The notes below the pieces were generated by a model. It was not told the DNA's origin, ran no database searches, and worked only from the letters and a program-made list of their open reading frames with translations. Below are positions 40,414 to 53,624 of a DNA stretch of 64,000 nucleotides, piece after piece. Position 1 is the stretch's first letter. Each line of letters opens with the position of its first letter. The translations under genes and the position numbers were made by a program. Origin of the DNA: an uncultured Chloroflexia bacterium (GTDB lineage Bacteria > Chloroflexota > Chloroflexia > QHBQ01 > JADMIH01); NCBI GenBank assembly GCA_963797095.1, contig CAWCNY010000003.1:1083722-1147721 (forward strand). Reading direction: 5' to 3'.

Positions 40414-42327
40414 CTATCTTTCGGCAGTAATGCGAGCCGTCCGCTCCCCCACCAATTGCACGAGGGCGCGCTTCCATGCATTCTCCTCCTGGCTGTTCGT
40501 GAGTTGCCTGCGAAGCGCGTCACGCTTGAGCGTGTAGGAGCGCATATCTTCCGAGATCTCCTCCAATATGCGTATCTGTTCTCGCAACAGAAACTCGCCT
40601 GCTTGTCCCTCCGGAGAGGCTGCAAGTATGGGAAGTGCCGCCGCAGCCATGAGGGCAGCTCGCAAATGAGGCAGGCATAGTCCTTCCGAGCGCGAATACG
40701 CCTCCCTGCCACTGGGTGTAGAGATCTGCGTAAGAACACGATCTATCTGCCCGGTTTCCGTCTCTCTCAGCACCCGGCAAGCCGCGCACGTCTCAATTCC
40801 AGGGAGCAGCGCATCAATGTGTGCGCCAATCCGCTCAGGAGCCTCACCGGCGATACCAGCGAGTCGCCTCAGTTCAGCAGCCGACGCCTCGATCAACGGC
40901 GCGTAGCCCTCGCTGATGCCCAGCGGCGAGGCCATCTGCTGGAACTGCCAGGTATGAACGGGGCAAAAGCCGCGCGAGGACATAGATGCGCGCTGTGCCA
41001 CATCGCTTGTTGAGAGGGTATATTGCCAGCGGGCAAAGAAGTCGAAGACGGCCTGTCCCTGCGCGAAGCAGATGGGGCACGTCCCGCCTCGAAGATTGCG
41101 GCTGCCTCGCCTCTGTTCGGATAAGCTGGCCTTGACCGTGGCCGCCACTGCTCGCTCGATGACTTCCCCGTTCGCCGATTTCGCCGATGTAGTGCTACCG
41201 GATTCACCAGGTTCACCGGCAATAACCGGAGTGAGTCCCGCATCGCTCAGGAGGGCTGTACGGAGCGAGGCCATCCTCTCCCGAAGACCATCCGCTGATA
41301 TTTCCTGCGTGACAAGGCTATCGCCGTTATCAACTTCCATTTCAGGAAGCAGATCGAGCGCCCTGTCCAGCACCGACACTAGGAAAGCCCGCCCTTGCTC
41401 GCGAGCAAGGAAGTCGGTTAGGGAAGCCTCCATCTCCGGAAGGCCACTCTGCTGAAGGCCTGCGCTGTCACCACTCAGTTTGGTCTGCAGCGCCTGCCGG
41501 GCGGAAACGGCAAAGAGGCGAACGTCTCCACTGCCAAGCGTCGCGTCTATGCCGGCTCGGATGTAGCCGAGCACTTCGGCGCGCTCCCACTCGTTGAGGA
41601 GATCTATCTTGTTGGCGACCACAAAAAGCTTGCGAGCCTGGCCAACGTGATCAAGGTGATCGCCTATGTCACGCAAAAACCTCTGCTCGTCTGAACTAAA
41701 GGGCCCGTCGACGCTGGTCACGAAAATCACCGCGTCCGCTTGCGGCAGAAAGGCGTAAGTGGTTGCCGTGTTTTCCTGCTGTATCGAGCCGACCCCTGGC
41801 GTGTCGATAAAATATAAGCCCCGGCGCAGGAAGCGCTCCGGCAGTTCCACCCGCGCTTCGACCAGTCCTTTTTCGTTGCCCGGGTTGCCTCGCTCCGTGA
41901 TATAGTCTGCCAGTTCACTCAGGGAGACCTCTTGCTCGATGGACCAGCCTTTGCGCCTGAGAAATGCCTGCTCTCGCGGCCAGTAGCTGATAGTAGTGAT
42001 GGCCGAGGTCAACGGGAGCAGACCTGTTGGCAACAGGTCGCGACCGATCACGGCATTCATCAGCGAGCTCTTGCCGCGCTTAAATTGCCCCACAACCGCC
42101 AGATTGAACCGGTCCGCAGCCAGCTTGACCAGGAGCGCCTGTGCCTGTTCCGCGGCAGCCGCTCTCGCTATACTGGCTTCGCCCGATGCGCCGGATGTGC
42201 CAGGCGCCTCTGCCGGTGCGCGACGCGACTCCAAAAGCATCTTCAGGTCACGCACGCAGGCTGTTACCTGTTGCTTTGCCAGTGTATAACCGCGCAGCTG
42301 TGTCGTTTCGCCCTCTGGTAAGGCCAC
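40414..42327 (-). CDS. Dynamin-like GTPase fused to a duplicated Cys/His module (DUF6062-like)
   Basis: G1 GQFKRGKSS, G2 PLTS, G3 DTPG, G4 NKID; CPIC..GFCPVH and CAAC..GLCLPH; AGGAGG RBS before GTG. Confidence 0.85.
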   Translation of the reverse strand: MALPEGETTQLRGYTLAKQQVTACVRDLKMLLESRRAPAEAPGTSGASGEASIARAAAAEQAQALLVKLAADRFNLAVVGQFKRGKSSLMNAVIGRDLLPTGLLPLTSAITTISYWPREQAFLRRKGWSIEQEVSLSELADYITERGNPGNEKGLVEARVELPERFLRRGLYFIDTPGVGSIQQENTATTYAFLPQADAVIFVTSVDGPFSSDEQRFLRDIGDHLDHVGQARKLFVVANKIDLLNEWERAEVLGYIRAGIDATLGSGDVRLFAVSARQALQTKLSGDSAGLQQSGLPEMEASLTDFLAREQGRAFLVSVLDRALDLLPEMEVDNGDSLVTQEISADGLRERMASLRTALLSDAGLTPVIAGEPGESGSTTSAKSANGEVIERAVAATVKASLSEQRRGSRNLRGGTCPICFAQGQAVFDFFARWQYTLSTSDVAQRASMSSRGFCPVHTWQFQQMASPLGISEGYAPLIEASAAELRRLAGIAGEAPERIGAHIDALLPGIETCAACRVLRETETGQIDRVLTQISTPSGREAYSRSEGLCLPHLRAALMAAAALPILAASPEGQAGEFLLREQIRILEEISEDMRSYTLKRDALRRQLTNSQEENAWKRALVQLVGERTARITAER

Positions 42328-42355
42328 CGGTCCTCCTGACTCTACCTTTAGCCTG

Positions 42356-44009
42356 CTACAATGCTATGCGTTGCAGTTCATCCGATTGGGAAGCGTGGAA
42401 ACCATTCTGATGAGGTTCTGAAGCCTCTGAAGGTTCGGGGAGTGCTGATCCATCGCTACCGAAGATCTTGAGGTAGACATCCTCTCCGAAGCTGGTTTGC
42501 AGGGGCCCGCCCTCCACCAGCTTGAAGGTGCGCGTATGAGCGGGGTGCCCTCCGGGCCGCGAACTATCGGCCTCCCTCTGGGCGCGAAGGAAGATGGCTT
42601 CCACTATGCCTGCGTCTGCATCTGCGCCCGCGGTCCCGGCGTAGAAGCTGTGGGCAAAGTCGTACAGGTGCGTGACGAAGAAGACCTTGACGCCCGCCTC
42701 CAGCAGGGCGCGCACGATCTGCCTGGCGATCTCCGAGCCCTCCCGGTCGTTGGTGGCGGCGAACGATTCGTTGAACAGCACGAGCGAGTTGGGTTTTATA
42801 TGGTCGGCCATCTCGCTCATCCTGCTGAGCTCCTCGTCAAACTTGCCGCTCTCCATCGCGGTATCCTCTTCTCGCTTGTAGTGAGTGAAAAGGCCGTCGC
42901 ACACGTTGGCAACGAACGAGCTGGCTGGCACAAACATGCCGCTCTGCATCATCAACTGCGAGAGGCCGATGCTGCGCAGGAAGGTCGACTTGCCCCCCTG
43001 GTTGGCCCCCGTCACTATCGCCAGTACTTTGTTGTCGGCGTTCACATCGTTACCTATCACCCTCTGCTCTAGACGCAGCGAGAGGCAGACATCGTACAGC
43101 CCCGTAAAAGAGTGCTTGCGCTCGCTCGCGGCCACGGGTACAGGGTAGCACACCGGCTCTCCTTTGCGGGCAAGCTGCTCGTACAGGTTGAGGCAGCCGA
43201 CGTAGAAGCCCAGCTCGGCCCGCAGCATATTGAAGAAGCTGAGGATATGGTCGTTGGACTGGGCCAGCGCGTTGGCCGCAAAGTTTTGGCCCCTGTTTTT
43301 CAACTCCGACAATGCCCGCGCTCCACTCTCGTCCCTCGGGGCGATGCAGAATTTGAACGAAGGAGGTTTCTTGGTAAGGAATTGGTCGGTGACCTGCTCT
43401 ATCCAGCTGCCCTGTTTGGGGGGCAGCTTGCGTAGCACGTAACCTGTGCCTTTATTGCCTTCTCCCAACCCGGCGCTGATCAGTATTCCCCGATGGAACT
43501 GAAGCTCTTTCAGGTGGCGCTGGATCTCTGCAAAATATTCGTCCCCCAACTCCCTCTGGAGCATGGCGAAGAGGTTGGTGAAGCCCTCCGATGCGAACAG
43601 GCCAGCGTATTCCTCAGCCATCCTTCTCAGTTTCTTGAACTGGCCCACAAACATCCCCATCACATCTATCGATCTGTTCAGCACCGAGTTCGGGGTATTC
43701 TCGCAAGATACCCCAGTAGTTTTTTCGCTCGCTGTCGATAGTCTGCACGGCGAGGTCGTACAGCGCCCTCACCACTGAGGGGTTTTTCAGGCAATCGGCC
43801 AGGATATACTGCCGGTAGAGGAGGGTATTAAGGTCGCTGGTGCTTGAGAGTAGTGCTTTCTTTGCCACATCAAAGAGGTATGTGTCCCCCTGAGACATGG
43901 CACCGAAGAGCGTGTCGAGCTCGAGGTCCTGCGTGAGGTCGGGCTCGTTCCAGGGCAGCTTCCGCTCAAGGTCGAAGTCTCGGTCTCTGTACATGAGGAA
44001 GGCCTTCAT
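42356..44009 (-). CDS. MutS-family ATPase (MutS4-like, copy B); +1 frameshift in G4 run at 43692-43695
   Basis: Start MKAFLMY (ATGA overlap with upstream stop); GANQGGKST, SGKFDEEL, LFNESFAATNDREG, FVTHL. Confidence 0.88.
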
Positions 44010-45577
44010 GGCGTCAAGCGCTCCTTCAGGCCGTTGTAGGTCAGCCGGTGTTTCTCGGCTATAGAGAGGGCGTAAGCGAGGCCGTCGGCGGGCTTGCGCA
44101 CGATCTTGAATGTTCGCATGAGCGGGGTGCCCTCCGGGCCGCGAACTCCTGGGTTGTCGGGCACCACCGTGCTGGCAACGCTCACCGTCTTCTCGCTCAG
44201 AGAGGACAGCTCGTCTATGAATGTCACGCACACGCAAAGGAGGTCCAGCCGAACGATCTTTTCCAGTATTTTCTTACTCAGGAAGATGGCGTCTTGGAGG
44301 GTCGTTGAGGTGAAGATCTCGTTCATAATGATGATGCTCCGGGGCGTGGCCTGGTCCAGGATTGCATGAATCCTGAAGAGGTCGTCCTCCAGCTTGCCTC
44401 TTAGGTTCTCTATGTTCTCTTCTTTCTCAAAGTGCGTGAAGAGCTTATCGAAGAGGAAGAGCCTGGCCCCTTTGCCGGGCACCTGGCAGCCGAGAGCGGC
44501 CAGGTAGTGTAGCTGCCCGAAGGTGCGTGCGAAGGTGGTCTTGCCGCCCTGGTTCGGGCCGGACACCACGAAGATGCGCTCTTTGCCTTTCAGGTAGAAG
44601 TCGTTACACACCACGGGCGTCTTGCCGCCCAAGAGCTTGTTAGCAAGAGCCAGGTCGAAGCCCTCATAGCCGCACACTTCCTTGTCTCTATCCGAGACCT
44701 CTGGGTAGCAGAAGCTCAAACCCGACCGCTTGAAAGACACGACGAAATCCAGATATGCAAGGTAAAACTGTATCTGCCTGTCGAACAGGGCAATCGTGGG
44801 ATCCAGGTAGTTGACGTGCTTGGTGCAATAGGCTTGGAGGTTCCGGAATACGTCGGGGTAGAGGCGGGCCACGAAGTCGACGACCACCTCTTCGACGTAG
44901 GTCATCTCCGGCCACGAGCGGAACTTGGCAAGATACTCCTTCACGGCGCCCTGTTTGAACTTCTCGAAGGTCGCGCCCACTTCAGCGCTGTAGTCTCCTT
45001 CGCCGTCGTATTTGCGAACCGTGAAGCACTCCTCCTTTACGTGAACGGTATATTTCACGGAAGCAAGGTCGATATTACGCTGAGCTGTGTCCGCTACGAG
45101 TGAGGTGAAAGCGTCGGATGCGGCGTAGGCTGCCACATAATCGCGGAAAGCCAGAAGCCCGCGTGAGGCAGGGTTTGCGAGGGCCAGGTCGCTCGCCAGT
45201 GTCTGGACCGCCTCGCAATAGACCCCTACCGCGTCGAGGAACCACTTTTGCTTCTGGTAGACATTGGAGAGCTTGCCTGCCTGGGCGAGATATTCACGCA
45301 TCGTGCGCAGCCTTTGCCCAAAGGATCTTATGCACTCATAGAGAGTTTTGTCCTCGAGGTCTTGCATTACCTCGTGGCGATAATTGATCGTGCTTACATC
45401 CTTCAGAGGCGTATAGAAGAACGGTTTCAGATTGTATGCGTCCCTACCTGCAGTGATGGTCTCTACAACCTGGTCCAGGTTGAGGTCGACAAAGAACTGG
45501 GGCGCTGTGGGTTGTTCTTCGAGATCGTCTTCGGCTCTCTCAAAGAGGATGTTGTGAAAGGCGTTGTGAAAGTTCAT
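44006..45577 (-). CDS. MutS-family ATPase (MutS4-like, copy A), no mismatch-recognition domain
   Basis: FFVDLNLDQ, GPNQGGKTT, THFEKEE, GKLEDDL, IMNEIFTSTT. Confidence 0.9.
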   Translation of the reverse strand: MNFHNAFHNILFERAEDDLEEQPTAPQFFVDLNLDQVVETITAGRDAYNLKPFFYTPLKDVSTINYRHEVMQDLEDKTLYECIRSFGQRLRTMREYLAQAGKLSNVYQKQKWFLDAVGVYCEAVQTLASDLALANPASRGLLAFRDYVAAYAASDAFTSLVADTAQRNIDLASVKYTVHVKEECFTVRKYDGEGDYSAEVGATFEKFKQGAVKEYLAKFRSWPEMTYVEEVVVDFVARLYPDVFRNLQAYCTKHVNYLDPTIALFDRQIQFYLAYLDFVVSFKRSGLSFCYPEVSDRDKEVCGYEGFDLALANKLLGGKTPVVCNDFYLKGKERIFVVSGPNQGGKTTFARTFGQLHYLAALGCQVPGKGARLFLFDKLFTHFEKEENIENLRGKLEDDLFRIHAILDQATPRSIIIMNEIFTSTTLQDAIFLSKKILEKIVRLDLLCVCVTFIDELSSLSEKTVSVASTVVPDNPGVRGPEGTPLMRTFKIVRKPADGLAYALSIAEKHRLTYNGLKERLTP

Positions 45578-45596
45578 GTCTTTTAACCCCTTGGGG

Positions 45597-45642
45597 CAAA
45601 CAAAAAGCCCCTACTCGTGCCGGTAAGGCAAAAGTAGAAGCT
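45597..45642 (-). terminator. Intrinsic terminator forming the riboswitch expression platform
   Basis: Sense strand GCTTCTACT-TTTGCC/TTACC/GGCACG-AGTAGGGGC-TTTTTGTTT; overlaps the aptamer 3' strand. Confidence 0.8.
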
Positions 45643-45694
45643 ATCAGGCTGGAGAGCCACCGCTCATGTGCGGCTTGCGGCGAGCTTCATCGCC
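45634..45694 (-). ncRNA. Fluoride riboswitch (crcB motif)
   Basis: Sense strand GGCGATGAAGCTCGCC...CTGATAGCTTCTAC; P1 GGCGA/TCGCC; pseudoknot GAAGC/GCTTC; matches the fluoride aptamer consensus. Confidence 0.9.
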
Positions 45695-45729
45695 GTGGGG
45701 ATGCTAGCCCCAAATCAACGTTCAAGCTT

Positions 45730-45758
45730 ATTATATCTCAGGGAGACTGTGGCCGCAA
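45730..45758 (-). promoter_or_regulatory. Sigma70-type promoter of the riboswitch operon
   Basis: TTGCGG-N17-TATAAT on the minus strand. Confidence 0.7.
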
Positions 45759-45952
45759 CCTAATTCAAAAGCTCCAGTGAATGCGGTACCGGTAAGTGCG
45801 ATATAGAGAGAGCGAAGTTGCTGTACGGGCAAACTAACGTGATAAGTTGAGACTTAGGTCTATACCAACAAGGTGTAATACCTCCTCAACTGAGGACCTC
45901 TTTGGGCCAGATGGTCTCAAAGCAATCTAATATCAGCTGATAAGATTTACTG

Positions 45953-47649
45953 CTAGAGCATCGGTCAAGTAATCAGGCAGCCGCAGCCAAGAACTGCGGG
46001 GAACGAGCCAATACATGCAGATTGTTCACCACAGCACAGCGCCGCAGATCAAACAGGTTCTTGCGTACGCCAATGTAGCGGGCGTCCTCGCCCTGCCAGT
46101 GCCCGACGTGCGCCAAGCTGTGCTCTACCCCCACCCGTTCCCGCAGCTTGGCTCGTCCGCTGGCTGTCTGCTGCCGCTCCCGCAACTCCGCCAGCAACGC
46201 CTCATCCGGGTGGATACTCACGCTGCGCCCTGCTTTACTACTCGTGCAGCGCTCCCGCAATCCACAGGCGTCGCACTGCTCGACCGGAAAATGCACCAGA
46301 GCTCCCAGCTCGAAGTTCAACTCGATGCCGTTGGGGCAACGGATCGTCTGCTTCTCCCAATCGAGGGTGAACGCCGTCTTGTCGAAGTAAACCCCGTTGC
46401 GCACCGGCCAAGTCTTACAATAGACTTGCTGGCCACCCTGGCGCTGGCGCACCCAACTGCTACTCAGGTAGGCACGATCGATGTGCAACTCGCGCCAACT
46501 GATGCCCAGGTGCAACAGGTCCGCGGCCATGCTCTCAGTCACGCTAGCCTCCGGCGCATTGGCTGGCGTGATGCCGACTGCCACCAGCAACTCACTATCC
46601 AAGTCACGCAGCACATGGCGCTTGTAACCATCGTTCAAGCGGCTCTTGCTCTTGCGACCATGACGCATCTGGGCGTCCTCGATGCTGATGCGTCGCTCTG
46701 GCGCGACCCCTTGCCGCAAGATCGCCCCACCCGCAGCATCCGTGGTCACGTCTTGCTCTTGCTCTTGTACTTGCGCGGCAGCAGCCAGGCTAGCCTTGAC
46801 CTGGGGCTGCTCAACCGCATCTTGTTCGCGCAGATAAGCTTCACCGGCAGCAAGTGCCGCCAGCACCAACTGCAAGGCTTGTTGTTGCTGCGCCGGGTCG
46901 TCCCAATCCAGATCGAGTGCCGCCTTGAGGCTGGAGCCCGAGACCAACTCCGCCCCAGCCGCACTTGCCACCTCCGCCAGCTCCCGCCCCTGCTGCGCGG
47001 CCAACACGCCCAAAGCCTTACGCAGGGCGTGACCCAACAGATTGAAGGTATCTTCCACCCGTGCGGCACCCCACAGGGGACTGCTGTCAAGGGCCACCCG
47101 CAACTGGCGCGAACCGAAGTCGCCACTTTGTTCAGCCAACTCAACGGTACGCTCAATCAAGCGACGGTCGAGGTTGTGTTTGATGAGAGCGGCACGAAAG
47201 GCGACCAGGGTACCCTTGCTGAAGGGGGCGGTGTCGCTGTCGAGACAATCGAGAACCAGTTGCCAGCGGCGGTCCATCAGGCTAGCCTCGATGACCTCGT
47301 CGTCGGAAACCCCGCTGTAGGCTTGCAGCAGCGTAGCCAAGGCGAGTTGAGCGGGCGGAATAGGAGGTTGACCACGAGAGCTATCCTCATAGAGGGTAGC
47401 CAGCTCAGCTTGGAAATCGATGGAAAAGAGGCGGTGGCGGTGCAGGCGCAAGAAGACAAAGAGCTTGGCGCGACGAATACGCTTGACGACCTGTTGTTCA
47501 AGGGTAGAGAGTTCAATAGGAGGCTCCCAGACAGCGGGGCGCATGGCATTATTCCTTTCTGTTGGCCTATAGTTGGTTTGCCAACTCTAGCAAACCATGC
47601 CCTGTCCGCCTTGTCAAGCCTTCGCCCGATTACTTGACCGATGTTCTAG
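45953..47649 (-). mobile_element. Apparently intact IS1182-family element
   Basis: 22-bp inverted ends CTAGAGCATCGGTCAAGTAATC / GATTACTTGACCGATGTTCTAG (one mismatch), CTAG at both ends. Confidence 0.88.
45973..47544 (-). CDS. IS1182-family transposase
   Basis: GQPPIPP..LQAYSGVSD, ALDSSP, GYKRH, IDRAY, CxxC..C, RVGVEHSLA. Confidence 0.9.
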   Translation of the reverse strand: MRPAVWEPPIELSTLEQQVVKRIRRAKLFVFLRLHRHRLFSIDFQAELATLYEDSSRGQPPIPPAQLALATLLQAYSGVSDDEVIEASLMDRRWQLVLDCLDSDTAPFSKGTLVAFRAALIKHNLDRRLIERTVELAEQSGDFGSRQLRVALDSSPLWGAARVEDTFNLLGHALRKALGVLAAQQGRELAEVASAAGAELVSGSSLKAALDLDWDDPAQQQQALQLVLAALAAGEAYLREQDAVEQPQVKASLAAAAQVQEQEQDVTTDAAGGAILRQGVAPERRISIEDAQMRHGRKSKSRLNDGYKRHVLRDLDSELLVAVGITPANAPEASVTESMAADLLHLGISWRELHIDRAYLSSSWVRQRQGGQQVYCKTWPVRNGVYFDKTAFTLDWEKQTIRCPNGIELNFELGALVHFPVEQCDACGLRERCTSSKAGRSVSIHPDEALLAELRERQQTASGRAKLRERVGVEHSLAHVGHWQGEDARYIGVRKNLFDLRRCAVVNNLHVLARSPQFLAAAA

Positions 47650-47862
47650 GCCCAGTTGAGGAGCATCTGGAGCATAGATCCCCTATGTGTGCGTCGGTAT
47701 GTGTGCGTCGGTCTCCGGCGTAGGCGCTCCGAAACGTTGTATAGAACAGATCTCCCAGAAGTCCTTGAGTCCAAAAATATGAAGGTAGTTTGCCTTCACT
47801 GGCAGCTTCGCTCTCTATACCCCTAAGCGCCGATTTTTCCGAATGCGGTTCACATCTGAACC

Positions 47863-48574
47863 TGCGGATTGTACGAAAGTTTGGCGCATTCGGAACGGAA
47901 GTTTGGCGGCTACGGCTACACCTTGCTGGATCAACTCCTTTTGCCATTTTGGGATGGCCCAAGACCCAACTCGACATGTTCATCGAGGACGTATCGATTG
48001 GGACGCCTCTGCGCTTGCTTCACTAACTCCTGTGCTGGTTTGCACTCGATCCATCCGCACCCCCGATGACGGAACAGAAAGAAGTCTGCTGTATGCATCG
48101 GTCGTTGCAGACGACCATGCGTGTCATAGTATTCTAGCGGGATGGGTGGTGGTTGATCCCACACCTCCAGGACATCGTCGTTATGCTCGGCGGCAAGCAA
48201 GAAGGGAAATTCCACCTTCGCACTTTCTGCCTTAATGATGCATTGCATCTTCTTGGAGGGATACCAGACAGGCGTATTGTCTTGGCGTGCTCTCGGTGTG
48301 CGGCTTGGCGGTGAAAAACGGATGTGGGCAAGCAGTTCCTGAGCCTCTTGCGAAAGGTTCAACCGACGAACATATGCTGGAAATGCGATTCCATCGAGCG
48401 GCCTTGCCATAGTCTGCCCCACCTCTGCCTCAAGACCAAGCGACATGTTGCTTCTTCTTGAAGCACGGCCAGGCATAACACAGTCTCCAGCCTGAGACCG
48501 AACATTTCCCCTCGCGTAGCACTTGTGACACCAAACTTACGCACCGAATGCGCCAAACTTTCGTACAATCCGCA
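47863..48574 (-). mobile_element. Internally deleted TG...CA transposon with about 46-bp inverted ends and a TnsA-like fragment
   Basis: TGCGGATTGTACGAAAGTTTGGCGCATTCGG at both ends in inverted orientation, with internal AAGTTTGG repeats. Confidence 0.8.
47931..48476 (-). pseudogene. N-terminal TnsA-endonuclease-like transposase fragment
   Basis: YPSKKM..IKAES..VE, WDQP, HTADFF, WIECKP (PD-(D/E)xK type). Confidence 0.75.
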
Positions 48575-48746
48575 CTCATGCGAAGCGACCTCGTATCGCA
48601 CGGGACACTCAAATCTGAAAGTAACACATGGCAAGCACTGCCCCGAGTTCTGACGCTACCAACCGGCCAGTCCCCGAAGGGAGACTTTGCCTGTGCAGCC
48701 CGTGGATTTAGCCGCCGGACGGCGGTCTTCAGACGATTTCTACAGC

Positions 48747-52202
<3,456 letters not shown>

Positions 52203-53181
52203 TGCTCGCTCCTCTCCTATCTCACCACGCCACACCACTGCCCGACGCCCTCAAGGCAGTTACACACATAGTCTTAGCAAACCAACGACGTGGGAATGGC
52301 AAGAATTGGACCACAGGCGAGCAGCAAGCTGCGAGTGGCGAGTGGTCACCGCTGGAGAAGAGGAAGAACCTTCTATGTCAGGCGGTGGCGGGCAAGTGGC
52401 GGGCAAGTTCGGCTGCCACGTACTATGTACCGACCTGCCAGCGTCCAGTATAGTGCAGGGTAAGGGTACATATAAGAGTACAGAAAGGTGTACAGGTCGC
52501 CGACAGCCTGTACGCCTATCTGTACACCTATTTCAGGCACGAAATTGGGCGATTTGGTGGCGATTCTACGCAAGGGAACTACCCCTTTCCAGCCTGTTCT
52601 GGTATGTAACACGCTGGCACGTCGCACCATCCCCATCATCTATGAGAGCTGAAGCAGCAAGTCGTCCGCGGAAGCATGGGAAACGCAACTGGAGATCAGT
52701 AGGTCCTCTCAAATTGAGGAAGGCGAGCATCAATTGTAACTCGCTCGGCTTGGCGATTTGGGAGACCGGCGAATGCGTTACGCTTTGCCGTGATCAACCG
52801 CCCCTAACCGGCGGAGCGTGGCCTTCTGCGCTTCGGTCAGTCCTTTGATGCTCCTCGCTCGATCAGCTCTATCAAAGCGGCTGCTATCCCCATCTAATAC
52901 CAGTTTGTGGTGCGAAATGGTCAAATCTACGCCTGCGCCGCACATACTTCTGTGCCTGGCAAAGGCATTTCGCACCGGCGCGTTTCTGGGTGCGGTAGGT
53001 TGGCACTTGGCGTATCGCCACCAAGCGCTTACAGCCTGGCAGGCTCTGTGGGGCATGGACGGTTTGCGGCAGTCAGCGTGTGCTGATCCGTGGCGTGTTG
53101 GGCAGCGTGGGTGCCTTTGCGGCGCAGGTTGCCCGCTCGCCTGGCTCCGCCCTCGGCAGTATTAGCCCCGAAGCTTTTGCC

Positions 53182-53445
53182 TCATCCCTCTCCTTCCAAC
53201 CTATCAGGCTCAGCTGGTTCATCGTGGGATACCGCCTCAGGCAATTGCTCGTTGCTAGCCCCGCGTAAGAACTCCAACAAACTCTCCCAATCGCGGAAGT
53301 AGAGCGTCTCCCCGCTCACCACGCGCTGAGCTTTGCCGCGCCACTCGCTGCGACCCTTGTCAACGTCTTCTAGCCAGACCCTCACCATGAAAAGAACCGA
53401 ACGTATTTCGTGTGCTTCTGATTTCCGATGTGTCCTGGACGGCAT
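53182..53445 (-). CDS. Small hypothetical protein (FxVRVW...WRG family)
   Basis: AGGAG RBS; paralogous remnant at 38454. Confidence 0.65.
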   Translation of the reverse strand: MPSRTHRKSEAHEIRSVLFMVRVWLEDVDKGRSEWRGKAQRVVSGETLYFRDWESLLEFLRGASNEQLPEAVSHDEPAEPDRLEGEG

Positions 53446-53554
53446 AGCCTCGCTCCTGGCTCAGGGTGATACCTTGCCTTATACAAGATGAAGCGTTCCC
53501 AGATCGTTTCATCATTCAAGATTCAGGTTCGCAGTTGCACAATCTGTCTCCGAA

Positions 53555-53593
53555 AATAGCCAAAATGGCGGCAAAGCCGCCATTTTGGCTATT
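53555..53593 (-). terminator. Perfect 18-bp hairpin downstream of the GNAT gene
   Basis: AATAGCCAAAATGGCGGC-AAA-GCCGCCATTTTGGCTATT. Confidence 0.65.
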
Positions 53594-53624
53594 ATTAGAT
53601 TGCCTTGCGCTCTTACCCTTCCCT

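Noticed and set aside
40371-40739. N-terminal extension of the MFS ORF
   Set aside because: Overlaps the dynamin gene; a clear RBS supports the start at 40370
42356-45577. Canonical mismatch-repair mutS or mutS2
   Set aside because: Proteins are about 520-550 aa, lack domain I and Smr, have NE Walker B motifs, and no mutL is adjacent
46015-47637. 540-aa plus-strand ORF
   Set aside because: Antisense shadow of the IS1182 transposase with no recognisable motifs
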